NCBI RefSeq assembly: GCF_006345805.1
Contig: NC_042998.1
Span: 104,718,001-104,782,000 of the forward strand
Direction: 5' to 3'
Source of the DNA: Octopus sinensis
Taxonomy: Eukaryota
Length of the DNA stretch: 64,000 nucleotides
The notes beneath the pieces were generated by a model that saw only the letters and a list, made by a program, of their open reading frames with translations, was not told the origin of the DNA and searched no databases. The stretch's first letter is position 1. Each line of letters starts with the position of its first letter. This document shows positions 27,241 to 40,765 of the stretch, one piece after another. The translations under genes and the position numbers were made by a program.

Positions 27241-27363
27241 CAGTATATGTCGCTCTCCACACATATCTACCGTATAGGGTACGCATGCAGGTATGGTACA
27301 TACATCTGCCTCTTTCTGTTATTCTGTGACCTTTTTTATAACAAACACCATCCCGGTAACATC
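27241..27363 (-). CDS. Gene B module exon 2, (G)CYRDGVCYKKGHRITERGRCMYHTCMRTLYGRYVWRATYT
   Basis: caacttctag|ga acceptor, g|gtaggt donor, 123 nt, phase 1-1. Confidence 0.88.
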
Positions 27364-27799
27364 CTAGAAGTTGCGAATATACACAATTTGTTATAATCAA
27401 AACTATAGGTCTGGAAATATAAAATTCTTGCAATTATATTTACATCTAATTAAGATAGAAATACAATGACCTAGCATAACCACTCCAACGCCTTAAAATA
27501 AATCAAAGGGAGATTAAAATTCGCATCCATTAAGCAGCGTGTAGGTTGCATACATCACATGTGCACAAAACTACACACACAACACATATATACAATTATA
27601 TACACGTACGTATAGTACTGGTCCTTTTTGCATGAATATACGTGTAACTGTGTGTGCGTCTGTGAGTACAAACACACACACACACACATATATATGTATG
27701 TATGTGTGTCTGTCTGTATGTATGTATATGTATACATGTGTATGTGCATGTATGTGTTTGTGTGTGTGTGTGTGTGTACATATATAAACATATATTGAG

Positions 27800-28200
27800 C
27801 TACAACAAATATTCTGTTCAATACCAAAGATTTGCTTGCCAGTTGATTGACTTTAATCAGTTGAAAATGTCCGTATTTGACGATATGTAGATCTCTGGAC
27901 ACGGCTAGGAGTAGTGGGGAAATACTGCTGCCGTATGTTGAGAGGAATTCTTTGGGGTTTGAATAATTCACCACTGGAAATATAAGTGTTTCATTGATTA
28001 TCTATAAACGAACTTTATTCGGGGACATTTGGTCTCAATTTTGATGTAATGTTGTCATATTGTCCAGTAGATACAACTGCTTACTTTGTCGTGTCTGTAT
28101 ATAAATTCAGACTTGGCAAGAACTAGACAAGTGGAGATGATGTGGTCAACTTTCTGATTGTGTTGGCTGCACATTTTGCATTCGGAAATACTAATACAAA
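27800..28200 (-). mobile_element. R4/Dong-like LINE C-terminal (CCHC) fragment
   Basis: CKMCSQHNQKVDHIISTCLVLAKSEFIYRHDK motif on the minus strand. Confidence 0.6.
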
Positions 28201-28254
28201 TAGTCACAAAACACGAACAAAACAAAAAACTGTTTTCTGTCTTTAAGGAAGATG

Positions 28255-28264
28255 AATAATAGTA

Positions 28265-28299
<35 letters not shown>

Positions 28300-28366
28300 A
28301 ATGATAATAATAATAATAATAATAATATTAATAATGATGATAATAATAATAATAATTATAATAATA

Positions 28367-28418
<52 letters not shown>

Positions 28419-28419
28419 T
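28255..28419. repeat. (GAT)n/(AAT)n microsatellite
   Basis: Direct inspection. Confidence 0.95.
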
Positions 28420-28680
28420 AGATATGGAACACTCCACCCAAGAACTGACACAGACAGACTGTATGTACCAAGAAAAAGAGGGGGAAGAGGACTGATTGGA
28501 TGCGATCACAGAATTACAGCAGAAGAAAACAACACAGCATGGTATGTAAAAATGCCACAGGACCGCTATTATTAGAAGTAAGAAGGTCAGGCCTGTGTAG
28601 GATGAAAGATTGTTCGGAGACCAGACATTGTTGTGTTCATTTTCTCTATGAATGATCATAATCTTTTCCCAATCATTTTC
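28419..28680 (+). mobile_element. R4/Dong-like LINE fragment
   Basis: TLHPRTDTDRLYVPRKRGGRGL motif. Confidence 0.65.
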
Positions 28681-29205
28681 AGAACCCATCATGTGTTGAA
28701 CCGGTGAACATCATGGCTTTGTTGTTAAGTGTATTTGAAAACAACCAATCAGTAATAGTGACGCAGCGAGCATTCCGTAGACGATCGAAAAAGGATTTTG
28801 CTTTGGATTTCTAATCTTCAGGCAAGTGGACCCACACTGAAAAGAAAGTCACCTGGCAGACCCAGGACCGTTAGAATTCCAGAAAACGTAACAGCATTAA
28901 GAGCCTCCATTCAACAATCACCAAAGTGTTCCGCTCGTAAGTATAACATAGCACTAGAGATATCAAGCTGAAGTTAGTTACAAAAAAATATTTTTTAAAT
29001 CTGTAGGTCAAAAGATAATGTTTCTCAGAACGTTAAGACAGACGAGATGCCGCTAAGAATTTTCCCTAGCATAATAATGATTCTACCAGCTTACTACTTT
29101 ACATCTAAAGGATGACTATTGCTTGTAGTATTCCTTTTCTTGTTGCAAATTCTGGCATGCGTTTTATAATATAATGTTTGGAAGATAAAGACCGTACAAA
29201 CCTAC

Positions 29206-29325
29206 CGGTTACTTTATGCCGCACAAAAGATCCATGACCTCTTCTTTCACAAACATAAGTCATACAAAATGGAATTGCATCTACTTTTGTTCCATATTTC
29301 ACACAAACGCCGCGTATCAAGCAAC
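29206..29325 (-). CDS. Gene B module exon 1, (G)CLIRGVCVKYGTKVDAIPFCMTYVCERRGHGSFVRHKVT
   Basis: ttttcttttaactcatag|gt acceptor, g|gtaggt donor, 120 nt, phase 1-1. Confidence 0.88.
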
Positions 29326-29553
29326 CTATGAGTTAAAAGAAAATTAATACATTTTGTTTATACCAGTAACTCTTTATGAAATACATTATTGCATTTAAAA
29401 CGCTACAAATGATTGAAGCTTTTCATGTGACGCAAACTTACTAAGTTTAAAGCTGATATTGAAACAAGAATCATCACTGAAGGTGACACTAATCTTTAGT
29501 ACATATGGTATTTGTTATTAACTCATTTAATATAAATTAGCAATGAGTATTTG

Positions 29554-29592
<39 letters not shown>

Positions 29593-29755
29593 ATGTGTGC
29601 GTGTGGGAGGGGTTGTAAAGATGAGTGTCACCTTCAGTCACAAATTTTGTTTCAATATCAGCTTTAAACGTAGTAAGTTTGCGTCAGATGAAAAGCTTCA
29701 ACCATTTCTCAGGCTACATGGATGAATGATAAATTATATTTACAACGCACACACG

Positions 29756-29826
<71 letters not shown>

Positions 29827-30163
29827 ACTACTGTATTTTGTACGTATACAATAGTACATTATCCATTCAAATTATCCATTCATTACACAAATATTCATAT
29901 ATTCAAAACAATACAAACGAAGTCGAAGTATAAAAGTTTCGAACAGCATCTAGTACTTTCTTCAATATACTATCACAAATTGTTAATCTCTAATTTGGGT
30001 AGGTCTCATCATCTGTTCATTTACATTTAATCATGCAATCGTCGATGCTGTCATGGTTTATAGATTATAGATTATATATATAATTTCTTCCAGAGTAAAA
30101 GAGAGCCAAACATGTAGCAATATAAAGAAATACGATGAAGACTAAATATGTTAAAATATTTAC

Positions 30164-30226
30164 CTTCCTCTACGATATAACATTTCGGTCCAAGAGGTAT
30201 TTTCTGCTGACACGGTTTTCTTATCC
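30164..30226 (-). CDS. Gene B linker exon, (G)IRKPCQQKIPLGPKCYIVEE
   Basis: catttttgcag|gg acceptor, gaag|gtaaat donor, 63 nt, phase 1-1, two Cys. No paralogous exon in the window to confirm it. Confidence 0.65.
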
Positions 30227-30705
30227 CTGCAAAAATGTAAATATAACTAGTGTTATAAAAATATAGCACTAGTTCTCGTTATATTCTTTCTGCTATAGGC
30301 ACAAGGCCTGACATTTTCTCTCTTCTTGTTTCTTGAGTAATGCTGCGATGGACTGGCGTCCCGTCCAGGTGGAAGGGAACACATACGCCACAGAAGCCAG
30401 GAAACCGGGCCCATGAAGCTGGCTAGGCTTTAAAAGGGTGACGTTTATCGTTATTTATAACGCTGTTACAGTGTAGAGGTGTTGGCATAATCTTTGACAG
30501 AACAGTGATCCGATATTAAAATAAAATATTAATTTCGAATGAGCTCCTGCAAAATTTCTTTATTATGCGAGAAGTGTAAATGTGGATTTGTGGTGTTTAA
30601 CTACACCCACCATTATTTGAATTACAGGTGAAATCAATTCAAATATTCAAGGGAGATTCAAGAGAAAAATTGTCACGCTAGAGCTGATATTCTCTGATAT
30701 CTATC

Positions 30706-30793
<88 letters not shown>

Positions 30794-30800
30794 AATACAA

Positions 30801-30831
<31 letters not shown>

Positions 30832-31260
30832 AGCAATGAGAGCACACTATTGACAATTCCCAGATTAGTCTGTGCAGTCCAGTGTTCTAGCTTTACTTTG
30901 CTTTGCTCATGTGGCAGTTATCTACCCTGCCGTTTTATATGAATGTTCTTTTTCGCAGATATAAGTGGTTTAACGCTTCTAGCAATATCTGTGCTTTACA
31001 GTACGTTGCATTAGCGCATTGTTCATCTCTGTAGCAGTTTGTAGATGAAACGTATTAATACCTCGTTTATACATGTAATGCATTGGAGGAAATATTTTAC
31101 GCAGGTACCATTCAGCACCTTCACACATACACTTACGCAAGCCTTACGCACATAAACCAATATTTTGTTTGTAAGACACACTTTAAATTTCCCATACTAT
31201 TACAGGGTAACTGGACGATTACATCATCTTAAGGCATACATTCTATTTTGGGTTGAAGGT

Positions 31261-31670
31261 GGCGAGCTGGCAGAAACGTTAGCACGCCGGACGAAATGCT
31301 TAGCGGTATTTCGTCTGCCGCTACGTTCTGAGTTCAAATTCAGCCGAGGTCGACTTTGCCTTTCATCCTTTCAGGGTCGATAAATTAAGTACCAGTTACA
31401 CACTGGGTTCGATGTAATCGACTTAATCCCTTTGTCTATCCTTGTTTGTCCACTCTATGTTTAACCCCCTGTGGGTAGTAAAGAAATGGGTATTTTGTCT
31501 GCTTTTACGTTCTGCGTTCAAATTCCGCCGAGCTCGACTTTGCCTTTCATCCTTTCGGGGTAGATAAATTAAGTACCAGATGGTAAAGTATTAGAAATTA
31601 GTACTGGATCGATCTAAGCGACTGACCCCCTCCCACAAAATTTCGGACGTTGTGCCTGGGGTAGAAAAGA
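31261..31670 (+). mobile_element. SINE family 2 copy
   Basis: Matches 4124-4575. Confidence 0.9.
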
Positions 31671-32177
31671 ATATTCTGACATTTGCAGTGCACATAGTAT
31701 CATGATTGTCAATGATTTAATGATATGGTAAAGCATTAGAAATTTGAAGAGTTCTCAAGCTAATTACGGGTTAAAGAGAATTTAAATGTTCGAAAAGAGA
31801 CTTCTAGAAATATGAATCCTACTTCCCTCAAGAAGAGAAAAAAAGACCCATTTTATTTACTTAGATCAAGTAACACATTTCCTCAGCATTTCCTGGGTTT
31901 CACTGTTTCAAATTTGACGTAAGAAGGCGAGCCGGTAGAAATGTTATTAGCATTTCCCCCCGTCTTTACTTGGTGAGTTCAAATGCTGCTGAGGTCGTCC
32001 TTCCCTTTCATCCTTTCAGGGTTGATAAAATAAGTACTATCTAATCACTGGGGTCTATATAATTGACTTGCTCCTCTCCCGAAATTGCTGGCCTCCGACA
32101 AAATTTGAAAACAATGACACTGTTCATAGATTAATGCTATTATGGAGGAATACATAGCCGGTTAAAATTTTACTCAC

Positions 32178-32238
32178 CTTGCGAAGTTGCTTGTTTGTAC
32201 GTTATGCAAAAACTGATTAAAAGCAGAAAGTATCTCAT
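32178..32238 (-). CDS. Gene B signal-peptide exon, MRYFLLLISFCITYKQATSQ(G)
   Basis: ttgtttcag|gaaaaatATG (exon starts 32245), caag|gtgagt donor, 61 coding nt. Paralog of 3081-3141. Confidence 0.85.
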
Positions 32239-33105
32239 ATTTTTCCTGAAACAATTATAATAAAAGTATAAACGAGTTAAAATAAATATATGTATATTAA
32301 TGACTTAATCAAAAGAAGAACAATGGATTTCAATATTTCTTTCCTGGTATGAGAAATGAAGAAAGAAGTGAAATGATTAATTTGTCGTTCAAAAACTGTA
32401 GACCTGATCCGATTCTCTACAGCATAGTAGGAGTAGAAACCGTACCAACAGCAATATTAAATAAATACTTGATTCATATAGCGAAATAAAATGCCAACAT
32501 TTAACTCAAATAAAAATTAAAAATGAAAAGTGTGAAATTTGGACTAAAGGTTCACAGTGTTACATTGGGTAACGCATTAAGCTTACCCAGTCACCACTAG
32601 TGGAAAAGGATTGGCCTTTCACCGAAAATTTACACGAATTCCTTCAACCAAATTACACATATAAGTCTTGCTACCAACCATAACTATAGTTGAACATGCA
32701 CTCTCAGTCTTCTTTACTGTGGGATTCAGCGTGTTACTAAAAAATCCTTAACCGTACGATTACATTCACGCTAAATATTCAGTTATTAGAAGAAAGTGAT
32801 AGCACAATGAAATAACAGGGCATAATGTAATTAAAGGAATAAAATTCACAGTGATACATGTTTTTAGAAATTCGGCAAATGCGCCTATAATCTATTTGAC
32901 ATTATCAATTAAGTTTAAATAGATACAACAGCAATATTACACAAATACATGTTTCATGTAACTAAATAAAATAGCGAAATTTAATTCAAATAAAAAATAA
33001 ACTGAAAAATAGGGTACATCATTTCAAAGAATTTTAAAGTTACTCCCTCTCCCTTTCAATGTAACCCTATAAAAATACATATATGTATATAATCTGCCTC
33101 TCTAT

Positions 33106-33171
<66 letters not shown>

Positions 33172-33325
33172 GTCTATCTATCGATCTGTCTGTCTGTCTG
33201 TTTGTCTGCCCGTCTCTTTGTCTGTCTCTCTGTCTATCTTATATTTTTATGGTATGTTATATATCTAATGCAAATAAAATGTTAGTTTATCAATTGTATT
33301 TCTCTATTTCATTTAATATTTGCAC

Positions 33326-33368
<43 letters not shown>

Positions 33369-33644
33369 GTGTGTGTGTGTGTGTGTGTGTGGTGTGTGTG
33401 TGTGCATATATATATATATATGTATATGTGTATGTATATATATATATATATATATATATAGCCGGTGTTTTGGGACGATTGTAGCCCCCGTGAGCATACT
33501 TGTATACATTAATGGGCTTTTCCTGAAGCGTTAGAGCATTTTAGCTCTTATATCTAGCAATGTAGGTGTCTTGACACCCTTGGTCGCATTTAGTAACAAT
33601 TATATTTTTCCATTATGGTAACGCATTGCGCATGGCTGCGTATA

Positions 33645-33682
<38 letters not shown>

Positions 33683-33982
33683 AACACAGATATATGTATA
33701 TACATATACACGCACATTAACACATACATCATACATACGGGCATTCACATACTCATGCATGCGTACGTTCATATATATATATATATATATACATACATAC
33801 ATACATACATACATACATACATACATACATACATACATACATACATACACAAACACACACATACATATAATAATCGAAACGGCGTCAGTTCTGTAATAAA
33901 TGTATTTAAAAGATTTGGATAGATGCAGGTTTCTACAGTATGAGAATGTTAGACGTAGAAAGCAATGAAAATGAAAACTCAC

Positions 33983-34050
33983 AGATGTAATTTAAGTCGT
34001 AAATACGCGCGCACACACACACACACACACATACACTTCTAGAGGCGATT
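33983..34050 (-). other. Gene B non-coding exon 1 (predicted)
   Basis: Donor acatct|gtgagt; aligns with gene A exon 1; contains a (GT)n tract. Confidence 0.6.
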
Positions 34051-34085
34051 GAATATATTCGATTACGTCATTCAATCGTATATAA
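34047..34085 (-). promoter_or_regulatory. Gene B core promoter: TATATA (34084-34079) plus Inr-like TCAATC
   Basis: Same context (gcacatgcttatata) and spacing as gene A. Confidence 0.55.
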
Positions 34086-35360
34086 GCATGTGCATATATA
34101 CCTGTTTATTGATCTTTAGTGATCCTTTTCTACTTCCTTGCATCTATCGTATATACATTTCCTGGTGCTGTATGTAAATGTGTGTGTGTGTGCACCTGTG
34201 AATTTCAGTGTGTAGGCATGTGTGTGTTCGTATACCTCTATGTTTTACAGGGAAGGACATAGAAGAAATACTTGAGTGCGAGATTACTGTCAAAATTCAG
34301 TTGCTTTCACTGCAATACCAGCATTTCATGACATCAATCATAACAAAATCATCGTTTATATAAATAAAATTCCCAGTAGTTAAAGATCAATAAGTTGGAA
34401 AATTTTGTGCTTTTGTTTTACATTGTCGACAAATATGCATTATATCACCAAATTTATTTTTGTTTTCTGCGAAAGAAGCTTCTTAGAGATATTTCTTTCT
34501 CCCACGCAGACGCACGAATACTCACACATACACACGCACAGACAAACTGCGCTCATACGCACACATACACACACAGGGGCTCACACACAGAGGCATACAG
34601 ACACACATACATACGGACACACACACACACACGGACACGGACACACACACACACTCACACATGCACAGTCATTCTTTTATTGAAGCTGAAGAACTTCCCA
34701 AACTTGGAAACTTTATGCAAGCATCTAGAAATCCTTTCTTTTCTGGTTTTTCATATTCTCCAGGATGCCATTTCTTCTGATGTCTGATCATATTTCTGCC
34801 ACCTTTGCATCTTGATACCGATTTGTACAAATTTTCTAATGCTTTTGTCAACGAAAATATATAAAATACTTACTGTTCGTGAATCCTAGTTTCACTTCTA
34901 TCATATAAAATAAAAATAAGTCGGTTTGTGGTATATCGGAAATGACTCTTCTCAGGAAATTGATTCAATATTTGGAAACTACTAATCATTTTATGTTCAT
35001 TAATTTAGTCGAGAGGAAGAAAATTTGATCAACAACAAAATTTCCTCTGAGTGGAATTTTACGCTAAACTAACATGTAGTTTGCTTTACCTCTGAAACAC
35101 ATACACAATTTAAAGGAGGTTCAAAAGTAATAATTTTTTATCCTTACTGTCACTCAGTCTCCAGATACATTCAATAATTCTCCAACTAAATTTCTTGCTG
35201 TTTTATTCTCCATTCTAAAGTGAAGAAACCCACATAATGTGGACGTAGATTTCTATCTTCAAAAAAGAATTGGACATCCTCCTCTTCACAATACCGGATA
35301 AACCGGCGGCCTGGCATTAGGTACAGACGAGGGCAGCGGAATCAAATACAAAGTGGTTAT

Positions 35361-35769
35361 CTAATCTGTTGGAACTGTTAGCGAAATAATCAATGAAAGC
35401 AGATATAACAATATGAAATATTTTAAAAGAATTTATACTTGAAAGAATAGAGACATTGACTTTTGTTACCTGGTTATTCATTATGATTAAGTTCATTTTT
35501 AGATTTAGTCCAAATTTTGGTAATATGGGGTACCAAACCTAATTCTTAACGATAGGCCTTTTTTCTTTGAATGCTTGTTGCTGCGTATCCGTATACCAAA
35601 TGGGCCAATACCTGGAACAAGGTATACACAGGAGTGGCGATGTGACGACGTGAAAAGCCCCCAGCCTGAGGAAATTAGCTGAGAGATAATCATAAGCGAT
35701 GATGCAGAAACACGGTGGCGCTCAAAAGTGACCACAGCCGCATTGCTGAAGCACATAAAATAATAAAAG

Positions 35770-35815
<46 letters not shown>

Positions 35816-36410
35816 ACACACACACACACACACACGCACAACACACACACACATACATATAACGAATAGAGGAGTTATTCTAAGTTTCATGGTGGGATAG
35901 TGCAGTAATCGGACATGTTTGTATAGCAAACCGTACACGATCCAACAATCTCTGAGGCTCAAATAAAATGGCTCAAAGAAAAATAACATGATGTAAAAGA
36001 CCGTTTAGAAGCATTCTGAGCGAAAGGAAATTAGTTCACATCCCGTTTAATGAAGTATATTGCTAACGCTCAATGTGTTTTAAATAGGTGTTGTCATCTA
36101 AAAAGCTATACCTAAATTGGGTAGTCGAATGAGGGGACATCTATAGTGTAGCAAAGTGTTTGCCTAATCTGTTGGAACTGTTAGCCAAATAATCAATAAA
36201 AGCGTATATAAAAATATTAAAATATTTTAAAAGAATTTTCATTTGTAAGAATAGAGGTATTGACTTTTGCTACCTGGTAATTCATTATGATTAAATTTAT
36301 TTTTAGAATTAGTTCAAATTTTGGTAATATGGGGTACTTAACCAAATTCATAACGACATACCTTTTTTTCTTTGAATGTATTAGTTCTCGATTTGTTGCT
36401 GCATATCCGT
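35361..36410. repeat. Dispersed direct duplication (~35361-35592 and ~36164-36410)
   Basis: Clear similarity between the two blocks. Confidence 0.8.
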
Positions 36411-37957
36411 TACAGGATACCGGTGTTATTGACGAATAATTCCTGTTTTCAGATCAGCATAAACCAAAACTTATCCATCTTTCTTTTTACAGTATTAGAA
36501 ATTGAAGTGCTATAAGAGAAGCTAAGTTTTAATATATCTAATTTTCAGAGGTTAACATGGTAGATACAAGACAAAAAATACTCATGTCATTTCTTTCCAG
36601 TCTCTGAAGTCCACAAAATTCAAAATAGACCCTAACCTTCTCACTTGATAGTGGAGACAAACTTGATTGTTTATTAGCCGTGAATCGCTGAAAGAGTTGA
36701 GCTAGCAGAATCGCTAGGGCATCGGACAAGGTACCTTGCTGTATTCATTCTGGCTCTTTTCATTCCGATTTCAATGTTCCAGAAAAAAATTAATTTGCTA
36801 CTTCATAGCTCCATTGGAAAAAGCATTTTGATTCTATAAAGCGTAATTCATGTGTTGAAAGGAATTCTGGAAATACAGGTAATTCGTTCGGCATCTTTAA
36901 ACAACCATTATTCAGAGGCGTTTTGAGCGGGTTGGGCTACTCGACCTAAAGAAAATTCTAACTGGGTCTCACCTGAAAGTTCATGCTGTGTTTATCTTGA
37001 CATGAGATCACCATGTAGCGCATATATGGTTGTGATGCATGTGTCTGGTGCACCGTTATCAGATAGGAAGTCATGATGAGTATATTAGGCTTCATGTACA
37101 CAAATGTTTCTTTCATGGCATGCGCTGCTCTCTCACTCAATAACAGCTGCAGAGCTCTAAATCAACAGCTGCAGGACTCTGAATCAGCAACTGCAGGGCT
37201 GTGAATCACCAGCTGTGGAGCTCAGAATATTAACCAAGTGCGAGAATATGTTGAAGAAATCGGAATTGAGATGCGAGCAGAACAAGCCTCCAAAAGTGTA
37301 TTAGTTTGGAGTTGGGTTTTCGAATCCCTGAGGAAGTCTGCTACTTAAAATTTTCGATTTATATCTGTTGCCTTCAGTCGTTTTTCGTGAATAAATTCGG
37401 GATTTTTTCTTTTTGGCGTGTTATTATAGGATATCTAGTTGTGGTTTATATTTATTTAATCGAAATTGTGTTGTGTTTCTGGTGCATTGATAGAAGGAAA
37501 ACTCTGGTATTTCGGATTTTTGTTTGCAGGGCATTGAGCTAAATGTTTACTTACGCGAATTTTCCTGTCCATGGAGTCTCGAATCTGTTGCCTGTGTACC
37601 GTCAGTCTGTCCCTCAGGGTCAATCTCGTTTAACCAATGTAGTTCCCACCGCAACAACCAAATTTGATATCATAATCTTCAATGCACAAGAGAAATAACA
37701 TTTTATGGTGAATATTTGACCTAACTTGGATTCATATGTTGATCCTTCCAAAAGGTTGATGCAGGTTCCGCAGTTAGGGAAATTGCATTTTTTGACTAGA
37801 TTGGAGAGTTGTACTTTTGATGAGTAATTTGTCCGTGGTAACCTTTTTAAAGATTTGGGTTGTCTTTTACATTTAATAATTTTATGTGCTTCGAGTGCTT
37901 TTTTCATTCGCATTCACGATTCACTGCGCAGTGTGTTTTCACACATATCATCTAGGA

Positions 37958-38849
37958 CAGTGGTACTTACCTAAGGGTCGTGACACCTGGGTGGGGAGAA
38001 GGTCATTTGAGGTTTCTCAGTGGGGTCACTAAGTGGGAGAAAGTAATTTATTTCATATATTTGGGGTATTGCAGTGCAGCTCTATTGCTGTATTGCAGTA
38101 TCATGTATCGCAGCTTCTAGTTGTATCATAACTGTATATGCTTTGTTCCTGGTCTGTGACTCCCAAGTCACAGCTTTCTCCCCTCAGATGACAAATTTCC
38201 TGGATTCTATGACAGAAGCTAAATGTAGTTCCCGTGAAGAGATCTCAGTTTATCTTCTAGCAGTGGATGACGCCATCGAATGTCACTTCCCAGGATTGGA
38301 TAATCGCTGTATTTACAGACTCTTTGCAGTGGAGGACAGTACCATCAGTGATACTGATGATACTACGAAGGTGGAATTTCTTCAAATATGTGAGGATACT
38401 CAGTTGAAAGTAGATTTTTCTGAACAAGAGCTTCCGACATTTTAGGCGAAACTGAAAGATGATTATCCTCTTCTTTCGATGCGTGCACTTACCATGCTGA
38501 TCCAGTCCCCCTCGACACACAGCTGCGAGGCTGCGTTCTTAGCAATGATGTTTATGAAAACGGAGGCATTCAGTAGGCTTGTGATTCACGCCGACATTGA
38601 TGTACTTATGGCTGCAAAACAATATCAACCCACTGAGTGAATAAGTATGTTTGTAAAATGTTCAGTAGTTACATGCGTTTGTTTATCACTTTTAGTATTT
38701 TTCAAGGTCTTTTATTTGTAACATTTTCAATAAATTAGGATCTTCATATTGTTTTATTTTATCTTACTTTTATACAAAGATCATCATACATTTTGAAATG
38801 ATTTTCAAAATTTATTATAGGGATCTATGAAAACGGTTAAGAACCACTG
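37958..38849 (+). mobile_element. Internally deleted hAT (Buster-like) DNA transposon
   Basis: Ends cagtggtactta and ttaagaaccactg; perfect 8-bp TSD ATCTAGGA on both sides; degenerate hAT C-terminal motif (F*AKLKDDYPLLSMRALTMLIQSPSTHSCEAAF). Confidence 0.88.
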
Positions 38850-39039
38850 ATCTAGGAGGAGGGAAACTTTCTCCGGAGCCAATTTCTGCTGCAAAAGAAC
38901 TCACGTGCGAGTGTACTCGAACGTGTTACATATGGTTTTATAGAAATATTATATGCTGCTTCATGTGAATAACTGACATACATACGTATGTATATGTATG
39001 TATGTGTGTGTGTGTGCGTTCTTGTGTGTTTATGTGTGT

Positions 39040-40190
39040 GTATATACGCCCTTCTCTGGCTTTGTGCTGGTTGAAGTCTTTCTCCGGGGCAGAGTGATCC
39101 TGACTCTGATGTGATGCTTCATGCAGTAATGGTTAGTTGAGCATTCTGCTCCACGCATGGCTTTCATGCACAGGATCTCATGCAGCCCAGTCTTCCGAGT
39201 AACGACGTACCTCAGCATACCATTGTAGCCAAACCGAGTGTGTTTTCAGATGAAATAATTCTTCTCTGGCTGTTCAAAAGGACGTATTGATGACACGGAT
39301 TTCCTGCTGTGCGCTGAAATTCAGCAGGAGGTCTCCATCGGAGGTCTTTTTGACTTTGCCAAACTTACCGATGATGCCTGCATATTTCTCATAGTCTGCT
39401 CTCATCCTGGCATTAAATCAGCAACTTGGTTTGGTAGGGAACCTTGCCTACAACCCTTCTCAGCTTTTGGTAGAATGCTTTTTTCTCCTCCTCTCAGTAT
39501 GTCATTGTTTGAGGATACGTATTGACGAGGGACCGGTGTCAGTTATTCATGATTGGTATCAGTAGGTCATCATCCTCTCTGAGATAGTCGATGGGATGAG
39601 AGGTAGTCGTTCGATGGTCTTTTAGTTGACAGTAAAATCCAGGTTCGCGCTTCTTCCTTACGTCTTCCTGATCCTCTTGCAACTGGCTATGCTCTCTGAC
39701 TCTGGATTCTTGGAGTGCAGTGCTGCTTACACTGTCTTGGTGCAATTCTTTTGCACACAGGCTGTCTTCCGCCCGGGTATGGAATCTCCACCAAGCACAG
39801 TGTACACATTTTACGTTGCTATAGCCATCATTTTCTTGCAATTTCTACCTTTGAAATGAAAGTCCGCTGAAAGCAGCGATCTAACTATTTTTTGTTCTGA
39901 GTGCGTTTTCTCTGCTCCACATTTTCTATGATAAAGGTTACTCGGACACTCGCATTGCTTCCTTAGCCTGCCGGTGTTCAGAGTTCAGAACTACTACGAC
40001 TATTTGGTGCGAGCAGCCTTTGTGCAGAGCTAGTAGCTTCTAGATACTTAGACCTATCACCGTCACATTCACTCCACCGCTACAGGGCTTCCAGTTCTCA
40101 GAACAAAACGCCTTGTACAGTGAGTAAGGCAGTTGGTGCCGTCCACCATACCCACCTGACTTCATCTATAGGCCTCTACACCTGGTACCA
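39040..40190 (-). mobile_element. RTE-clade LINE 5' part (AP endonuclease), decayed
   Basis: MKAMRGAECSTNH motif and other frameshifted APE-like fragments. Confidence 0.65.
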
Positions 40191-40332
40191 GGTATCCTTT
40201 AAAATTTTATTCTATTTTATTTTATTTTGTTTATCCTGTTTTATTTTAAGATTTTAAGATAATATTTTAAATTTAATGTTTTACTTTCATTCCAGTATTG
40301 GGACCATTACTCTTTTATCGTTGTTTTATTAA

Positions 40333-40765
40333 GGCGGCGAGCTGGCAGAAACGTTAGCACGCCGGCAAAATGCTTAGCAGTATTTCGTCTGCCGTTACGT
40401 TCTGAGTTCAAATTCCGCCGAGGTCGACTTTGCCTTTCATCCGTTCGGGGTAGATAAATTAAGTACCAGTTACGCGCTGGGGTCGATGTAATCGTCTTAA
40501 TCCCTTTGTCTGTCGTTGTTTGTCCCCTTTATGTTTAGCCCCTTGTGGGCAATAAAGAAATAAGAAATGTTAGCACACCGGACGAAATGCTGATCGGTAC
40601 TTCGTCTGTTTTTACAATCTAAGTTCAAATTCTGCTGTGGTCGATTTTACCTTTCATCCTTTCGGGGTCGATAAATTAAGTACCAGTTGTGTACTGGAGT
40701 TGCTCTAATCGACTGGCCTCACCCCCTCAAAATTTCGGGGCATGTGCCTAGAGTAGAAAAGATTA
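40333..40765 (+). mobile_element. SINE family 2 copy
   Basis: Matches 4124-4575. Confidence 0.9.

Noticed and set aside
37141-37240. Four ~22-bp tandem units (cagctgcag...gaatc)
   Set aside because: Degenerate minisatellite with no spacers; not CRISPR, and the context is eukaryotic.
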